A DNA stretch of 64,000 bases from a bacterium. Lineage in GTDB: Bacteria > Bacteroidota > Ignavibacteria > Kapaibacteriales > UBA2268. The DNA lies in contig JANJTB010000026.1 of the NCBI GenBank assembly GCA_024711295.1, forward strand, positions 48,808-112,807, given 5' to 3'. A model generated the notes under the pieces. That model saw only the letters and a list, made by a program, of their open reading frames with translations, made no database searches and was not told the origin of the DNA. Below, in pieces: positions 59,697-64,000 of the stretch (position 1 is the first letter of the stretch; the number at the start of each line of letters is the position of its first letter). A program made the translations under genes and the position numbers.

Positions 59697-60341
59697 TTAA
59701 TGTAACAAGTAAAATAATGGGAATAAGAAAATCCAGATTAAATCCACTAAGTGCCAATATAATCCGGCATTTTCGAGTGGAACAAATCTATCCGGACGAA
59801 CTTTGTTTCTTTTTATCTGAATTAACATTGCAGTGAGCAAACCCACACCAATTATTACGTGTAAACCATGGAGCCCGGTCATAGTATAGTAAAGTCCAAA
59901 GAATATTATTTCACCTTGCGACTTATCCATCAACCCTGGTCCCTTAGGATATATTCCATGATGGAATTTATCTGACCACTCAAAATATTTTACAACCATA
60001 AAACCAAGAGCAAAAACTATTGTTGTAACAAGCCAAAATATTGAAGCCTGTACATTTTTTCGTTGTAAAGCTACGATAGACAAAACCATTGTTAAGCTGG
60101 AAGTAAGTAGTATTATGGTATTAACACCACCCATGTATACTTTTAATTCTTTTGCAGCAATTTGGAATTGTTGAATATACTCAACTCTATAAGCCATATA
60201 CAATATAAAAAGACCACCAAAAAGCAACAATTCAGTAAATAAAAACAGCCACATGCCCATTTTGGCACCGTAATCGTCTCGATGAACATGCACATGCGCA
60301 TCGTGAGACTCAGCAGCTGTATGAGTAGCATTAGTGCTCAT
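59697..60341 (-). CDS. coxC: Cytochrome c oxidase subunit III
   Basis: 214 aa. 'GLYYTMTGLHGLHVIIG' and 'YWHLVDLIWIFLFPLFYL' conserved CoxIII helices. Confidence 0.85.
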   Translation of the reverse strand: MSTNATHTAAESHDAHVHVHRDDYGAKMGMWLFLFTELLLFGGLFILYMAYRVEYIQQFQIAAKELKVYMGGVNTIILLTSSLTMVLSIVALQRKNVQASIFWLVTTIVFALGFMVVKYFEWSDKFHHGIYPKGPGLMDKSQGEIIFFGLYYTMTGLHGLHVIIGVGLLTAMLIQIKRNKVRPDRFVPLENAGLYWHLVDLIWIFLFPLFYLLH

Positions 60342-61980
60342 TATTAACTACCTCCTCATAATGTTCGTATTCGTAAGGACCATACTTAACAGTAGGAATT
60401 TTTGTAAAGTTTGTAAGCGGTGGTGGTGAAGGAACTGTCCATTCAAGTGTCATACCACCCCATGGGTTTGCTGGTGCTTTATCGCCTTTTCTTAATGCAA
60501 CAATTAAATTTACAATCATAATAATAATACCTAAAATCATAACCCAAGAGCCAACAGTGGCAAACCTGTGAAGGTCCTGAAATTCAGGCAAATAATCATA
60601 ATATCTTCGGGGCATTCCCAAATAACCTAATATAAAAAATGTAAAATACAACATATTAAAGCCTACAACCATAAGTGCAAGGGCTGTATTTGCAATTTTT
60701 GAATTGTACATTCTACCGAACATTTTTGGGAACCAATAATGTAATCCTGCAAAGAAGATGAATATGGTTCCTCCAAACATTACATAGTGAAAATGAGCAA
60801 CAACAAAATAAGTGTCATGCAAATGAACGTCGGTTGCTAATGAACCTAATACTAAACCGGTTAATCCACCAATTGAGAATAAGAAAATAAAAGCCATAAC
60901 AAATAAAAATGGTGTTTCGGGCTTAATTGATGCCTTGTGCATTGTTGCAACCCAGTTAAATATTTTTACACCTGATGGCAATGCTACTATAAATGTTAAA
61001 AATGAATAAATCCACCTTGCTTCGTCGCTCATACCAGAAGTAAACATGTGGTGGCCCCAAACCAATGTGCCTACAAAAGCAATTGCAAGAGAAGACATTG
61101 CGATGGCACCATATCCAAATATTGTCTTACGGCAAAATGTGGGTATAATTTCCGAAACTACACCCATAGCCGGTAGAATCATTATATATACAGCTGGGTG
61201 CGAATAAATCCAGAAAAGATGCTGAAACAGAATTGGGTCACCACCCAATGCCGGATCAAATACTCCGATACCAAAAGCACGCTCAAGCATTACCAAAATT
61301 ATGGTAATTCCTATCACAGGAGTACCAATAATTTGAATCCAAGCAGTAGAGTAAAGAGACCAGACAAATAGAGGCATTTTAAAAAAACTCATACCAGGTG
61401 CTCTTAATCTGTGAACAGTAGTTACAAAATTAAGTCCTGTCAATATTGAGGAAAATCCTAATATAAATGCCGCCAATAAAGGCAATATTACTTCAGTACC
61501 TGTTCTAATACTATAAGGGGCATAAAATGTCCAACCGGTATCTATAGGTCCACCACCTACAAATAGCGAAACAACTGCCATTAATCCGCCTATGGTATAA
61601 AGGTACCAAGATGTAAGGTTCAACTTAGGAAAAGAAACATCTTCAGCGCCTATTTGAATAGGTAAGAAGAAATTTCCAAAACCTGCCGGAATACCCGGAA
61701 TAATTACAAGGAATATCATAATAATTCCATGCAATGTGAATAGAGCATTATAAGTCTGTGGACCCATAATATCCTGTCCGGTTGACCATAATTCAAGCCT
61801 CATGAAGAAACCTAAAGTCATACCTATTAAGAAAAAAGTAACCATCGAATAAAGGTACATCAACCCTATCCTCTTATGGTCAACAGATAATAACCAACCT
61901 GCGATACCTGAGTACTTTCCCTTATAATTATAAAAATCAACATAATTGCCGTTACCGGCTACCGCTGCATTATCAGCCAT
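60331..61980 (-). CDS. coxA: Cytochrome c oxidase subunit I (haem-copper oxidase)
   Basis: 549 aa. 'WFFGHPEVY'-type region ('LFWIYSHPAVYIMILPAMG'). His ligands 'HHMFTSG' and 'VVAHFHYVM'. Confidence 0.95.
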   Translation of the reverse strand: MADNAAVAGNGNYVDFYNYKGKYSGIAGWLLSVDHKRIGLMYLYSMVTFFLIGMTLGFFMRLELWSTGQDIMGPQTYNALFTLHGIIMIFLVIIPGIPAGFGNFFLPIQIGAEDVSFPKLNLTSWYLYTIGGLMAVVSLFVGGGPIDTGWTFYAPYSIRTGTEVILPLLAAFILGFSSILTGLNFVTTVHRLRAPGMSFFKMPLFVWSLYSTAWIQIIGTPVIGITIILVMLERAFGIGVFDPALGGDPILFQHLFWIYSHPAVYIMILPAMGVVSEIIPTFCRKTIFGYGAIAMSSLAIAFVGTLVWGHHMFTSGMSDEARWIYSFLTFIVALPSGVKIFNWVATMHKASIKPETPFLFVMAFIFLFSIGGLTGLVLGSLATDVHLHDTYFVVAHFHYVMFGGTIFIFFAGLHYWFPKMFGRMYNSKIANTALALMVVGFNMLYFTFFILGYLGMPRRYYDYLPEFQDLHRFATVGSWVMILGIIIMIVNLIVALRKGDKAPANPWGGMTLEWTVPSPPPLTNFTKIPTVKYGPYEYEHYEEVVNNEH

Positions 61981-62779
61981 TATTATCTCCTGAATTAGTT
62001 TTCTTTCTTCCTTTTACAAGTAATACTACAAAGAAAATTCCGACCCCGAGAAATATCACAGTACCTGCAACTCTGTTGAAATTGAAGACGTATCTGTTGC
62101 CTTCAGGATCGTAGCTGAAACAGTATGCAAGAAGTTTTGTTATCGGTGGTGATGAAATACCCTTGCCTGATTCAACTACTGCCATCTTGAAATCGAAAGG
62201 TAAATAACTAGTACCTAATAAATATCTCGTTATTTTCCCTTCCGGTGAAATCATCATTAAAGCACCTGCATGTATAAAATCATCTTTGCCGTCACTTTTA
62301 AATCTAAAGCCGACAGCATCGGAAATTTTTGCCACATTAAGACTATCACCGGTCATAAAATACCAGTCCTCATCTTTTAGGGTGCGTGTCATACCGTTAA
62401 AGTAATTTTTTTTCCATTTTGCTGCAATATCATAAGTTTCTCTGGAATCAAAACTTATGGTAAGCACCTGATAATCTTTGCCAGGCTCAATATCTGCCTT
62501 ATCTATTACTTCGCTGAGACTTGTAAGTAAAGGGCTGCAAATACCTGGACAGCGATAATAAACAAGTGCTAATACAGTTGGCTTGGTAATGATATCTTTT
62601 AGGGTTTTTACTGTACCATCAGAATTTCTGAATTCTAAATCCAATGGCAACATATTTCCCAATTTCTTTTCATGTTCGATACCTACCTCAAGCGGTTTAT
62701 CCTTACCTTGAAGCATAGCAGGTAAACACAAAATTAAGATGATTATTAATATAAAATTCTGATTATTAATTGGTTTCAT
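61973..62779 (-). CDS. SCO1/SenC-family copper chaperone (thioredoxin fold) with a C-terminal membrane anchor
   Basis: 'VYYRCPGICSP' CxxxC copper-binding motif and a downstream His ('FIHAGALMMISPEG'). Overlaps the coxA start. Confidence 0.7.
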   Translation of the reverse strand: MKPINNQNFILIIILILCLPAMLQGKDKPLEVGIEHEKKLGNMLPLDLEFRNSDGTVKTLKDIITKPTVLALVYYRCPGICSPLLTSLSEVIDKADIEPGKDYQVLTISFDSRETYDIAAKWKKNYFNGMTRTLKDEDWYFMTGDSLNVAKISDAVGFRFKSDGKDDFIHAGALMMISPEGKITRYLLGTSYLPFDFKMAVVESGKGISSPPITKLLAYCFSYDPEGNRYVFNFNRVAGTVIFLGVGIFFVVLLVKGRKKTNSGDNNG

Positions 62780-63710
62780 TTACTGTTCTTAACAAAAATG
62801 AGTACATTTGGCTAATTTCTTCGTTGTTAAGTCTTAGTACTGATGGTCTTAATCCATTGTTATAAATACCTGATTTAATTTCATTCACGAAGTCACTGCT
62901 TGAATTTTTCCACTCAGTGCCCCTCAAAAGTGAAATAATAAATTTTCTCAAATTTGTCGAGTTCTCAACAACTAATTTTGCTCCGGGTTCATTTCTGTAA
63001 TATACGAGATTTTTCTCAATATTACCTGCTTTGTCGTTGAGTGTTTTAAAGTCATTTTCGATAGCTGTAACTGCATTCTCAAGCGGTATTTGATTTGATG
63101 TGACTTTGCCCTCAGATAATTTGTAAGTTGCATCCATCTGAGCCAATTCGTCATCTGTACTTTGGGGTGCATTGCTCATCAATGAATGTATGAAATGAAT
63201 AATCGCAAATCTATCCATAACGGGTAAATAGTCATAAGCAACCATCCCACTTCCTGCAATACCTTCTTCGAGTGTTTTCCACATATCAGCTAATTTAGGA
63301 CCATTTTTCCAACCGTCAGGAACGGTGAAATTTCTTGGTGTCGGGTTTAAACCTTTTCCAGCTATACCATTACCCTGACCTTCATCTCCATGACAAGATG
63401 AGCAATTTGCTTTATAAAGTTCTTTACCTTTATTAATTAGCTCGGGAGTAGATTTTGAAGCAACCTTAATGTCAACTCCCTCCATCATCGAACCTTTTTT
63501 CATTGCGATTGGCTCTGCAACAGTATCTCTTGCCAAAACTTGGGGCTTAAGAGTGTTTTTATAAGCCCAGTCAAGATTAAATACCCAATACAAACCACCT
63601 ACGATGAAAATCAAAGCAAAATATGGGTAAATGATCCCAAACAGTCTTGTGGGATTCTTTAACAAATTCTCAAATTTAATTTCATCTTCAGGTCTGATAT
63701 TATTACTCAT
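62766..63710 (-). CDS. Membrane-anchored monohaem class I cytochrome c (ActE-like)
   Basis: N-terminal transmembrane helix and a single 'CSSCHG' haem-binding site. Confidence 0.6.
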   Translation of the reverse strand: MSNNIRPEDEIKFENLLKNPTRLFGIIYPYFALIFIVGGLYWVFNLDWAYKNTLKPQVLARDTVAEPIAMKKGSMMEGVDIKVASKSTPELINKGKELYKANCSSCHGDEGQGNGIAGKGLNPTPRNFTVPDGWKNGPKLADMWKTLEEGIAGSGMVAYDYLPVMDRFAIIHFIHSLMSNAPQSTDDELAQMDATYKLSEGKVTSNQIPLENAVTAIENDFKTLNDKAGNIEKNLVYYRNEPGAKLVVENSTNLRKFIISLLRGTEWKNSSSDFVNEIKSGIYNNGLRPSVLRLNNEEISQMYSFLLRTVNETN

Positions 63711-63761
63711 TTGATAACCTTTTTAATTTTTTTAGCTCACTATAAAAAGTAATATTTAAAA

Positions 63762-64000
63762 TTAGAGATGAAACTCTAAACTTCTCTTAAATTTCGGGTC
63801 ACCAACAGGCATAAGATTTTTACCTTTTGATAACAATGCTAAAACAACAATTACAGCACCTACTACAATAAATGGTGCAGAAAGCTCAGTAAGACCAAAC
63901 ACAGGTCCATCAACTCCGTTTCGCTTAGCATACTCAGGCATAATAACCCAGTACAAATCATAGTAATGAGCTAAAAATACCCATGTAGCTATAATTTTGA
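63762..64000 (-). CDS. C-terminal fragment of a membrane protein (continues beyond the window)
   Basis: The frame is open from the window edge (...IATWVFLAHYYDLYWVIMPEYAKRNGVDGPVFGLTELSAPFIVVGAVIVVLALL...). The M at 63956 in the ORF track is internal. Confidence 0.3.
   Translation of the reverse strand, partial: KIIATWVFLAHYYDLYWVIMPEYAKRNGVDGPVFGLTELSAPFIVVGAVIVVLALLSKGKNLMPVGDPKFKRSLEFHL

Noticed and set aside
1-64000. Search for CRISPR arrays, tRNA or rRNA genes, and transposase or integrase genes
   Set aside because: None was recognised by eye in any intergenic region of sufficient length.

Overview
This is a low-GC (roughly one-third G+C), gene-dense chromosomal segment, probably from an FCB-group bacterium (Bacteroidota/Ignavibacteriota-like). 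Phylum evidence: two giant secreted proteins carry T9SS (Por) C-terminal sorting domains; a TPP riboswitch sits in front of a TonB-dependent receptor; rpoN is present; and there is an aa3-type cytochrome c oxidase cluster with separate cytochrome c proteins. Most ORFs are recognisable housekeeping or envelope genes: gdhA, ltaE, pgeF, comEC, nupC, rpoN, an ABC-F ATPase, speA, glf, queC, an FNR-type reductase, NfeD plus flotillin, mazG, a crotonase, a 3-hydroxyacyl-CoA dehydrogenase, a hisC-like aminotransferase, a di-haem cytochrome c peroxidase, miaB, ctaB, and coxA, coxB, coxC and coxD. No rRNA, tRNA, CRISPR array, transposase or integrase was recognised. The items I found most worth follow-up are: (1) a textbook TPP (THI-box) aptamer on the minus strand at about 23915-24005, immediately 5' of the TonB-dependent receptor; (2) a 5'-truncated clpB (M-domain plus NBD2 only) abutting a translationally coupled minus-strand operon (hypothetical, AAC(3)-family N-acetyltransferase, partial gene at the window edge); (3) a glycan-modification cluster (glf, GT10 alpha-1,3-fucosyltransferase-like, DUF1624/HGSNAT-like membrane acyltransferase, SGNH hydrolase); (4) a 1434-aa fused double 'CoA-enzyme activase' (two ASKHA ATPase modules plus a large C-terminal domain) with no adjacent dehydratase subunits, followed by acyl-CoA enzymes; (5) two giant T9SS cargo proteins (1391 and 2066 aa), the larger a parallel beta-helix with about 22-residue tandem coils plus Ig-like domains; (6) a cytochrome oxidase cluster in an unusual order (cyt c, SCO1, CoxI, CoxIII, CoxIV, CoxII, CtaB) ending in a polytopic membrane protein fused to a C-terminal c-type cytochrome domain. 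Functional calls rest on motif recognition by eye; no database searches were run.
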